The notes under the pieces are model-generated. The model was not told the DNA's origin. It saw nothing but the letters and a program-made list of their open reading frames with translations, and ran no database searches. Position numbers and translations under genes: made by a program. Shown here in pieces: positions 63,745 through 64,000 of a stretch of DNA of 64,000 nucleotides. The stretch is from Octopus vulgaris (Eukaryota), in NCBI GenBank assembly GCA_951406725.2, contig OX597814.1, forward strand, positions 53,010,001 to 53,074,000. Direction: 5' to 3'. Each line of letters starts with the position of its first letter. Position 1 is the first letter of the stretch.

Positions 63745-64000
63745 TGGTGGCTGTCAACTTGTAGACAAATATGACCATTACTGATAAATTATCTTTTCCT
63801 AGACGTGTTAAAGACAATGGCTATTAGCAATGTCCATGCTGAAATTTAAAGTCAAAGTAGTTTACACAACACAATACCACTAAGACTCTTATCTTCAAAG
63901 CCAAGTAGTCCAGAAACAAAAAGAACAAGATCTCTAGCTTCGCAATGAGGTGGGTGTTGTTTCAGAATTTCCTTTTCTTAGAGAGATGTCTAAACATAGA

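Overview
AT-rich, repeat-saturated eukaryotic genomic DNA. The SINE/RTE repeat families and microsatellite load look like an octopus (coleoid cephalopod) genome; that assignment is an inference from repeat recognition. The window lies inside one + strand gene, a NECAB-family (N-terminal EF-hand calcium-binding protein) gene. Eight internal coding exons (25, 109, 124, 137, 143, 80, 54 and 110 nt) splice in frame through AG/GT sites to give two EF-hands, a coiled-coil/NECAB-homology region and the start of the C-terminal ABM-like domain. The first and last exons are not seen. The introns hold tRNA-derived SINEs, RTE, HERO/R2-type and CR1/L2-type LINE remnants, Tc1/mariner, Tigger and piggyBac remnants and MITEs, a 32-bp minisatellite, and two Penelope-like elements with GIY-YIG coding remnants. 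The most interesting signal is a set of ten degenerate minimal hammerhead-ribozyme-like motifs in five unrelated repeat families, several arranged as fold-back palindromes with one motif on each arm. Their catalytic cores appear to covary at the 3-8 tertiary pair (C3-G8, G3-C8, U3-A8), and one family looks like a U4C variant. Nearly all other ORFs in the supplied track are microsatellite or repeat noise.
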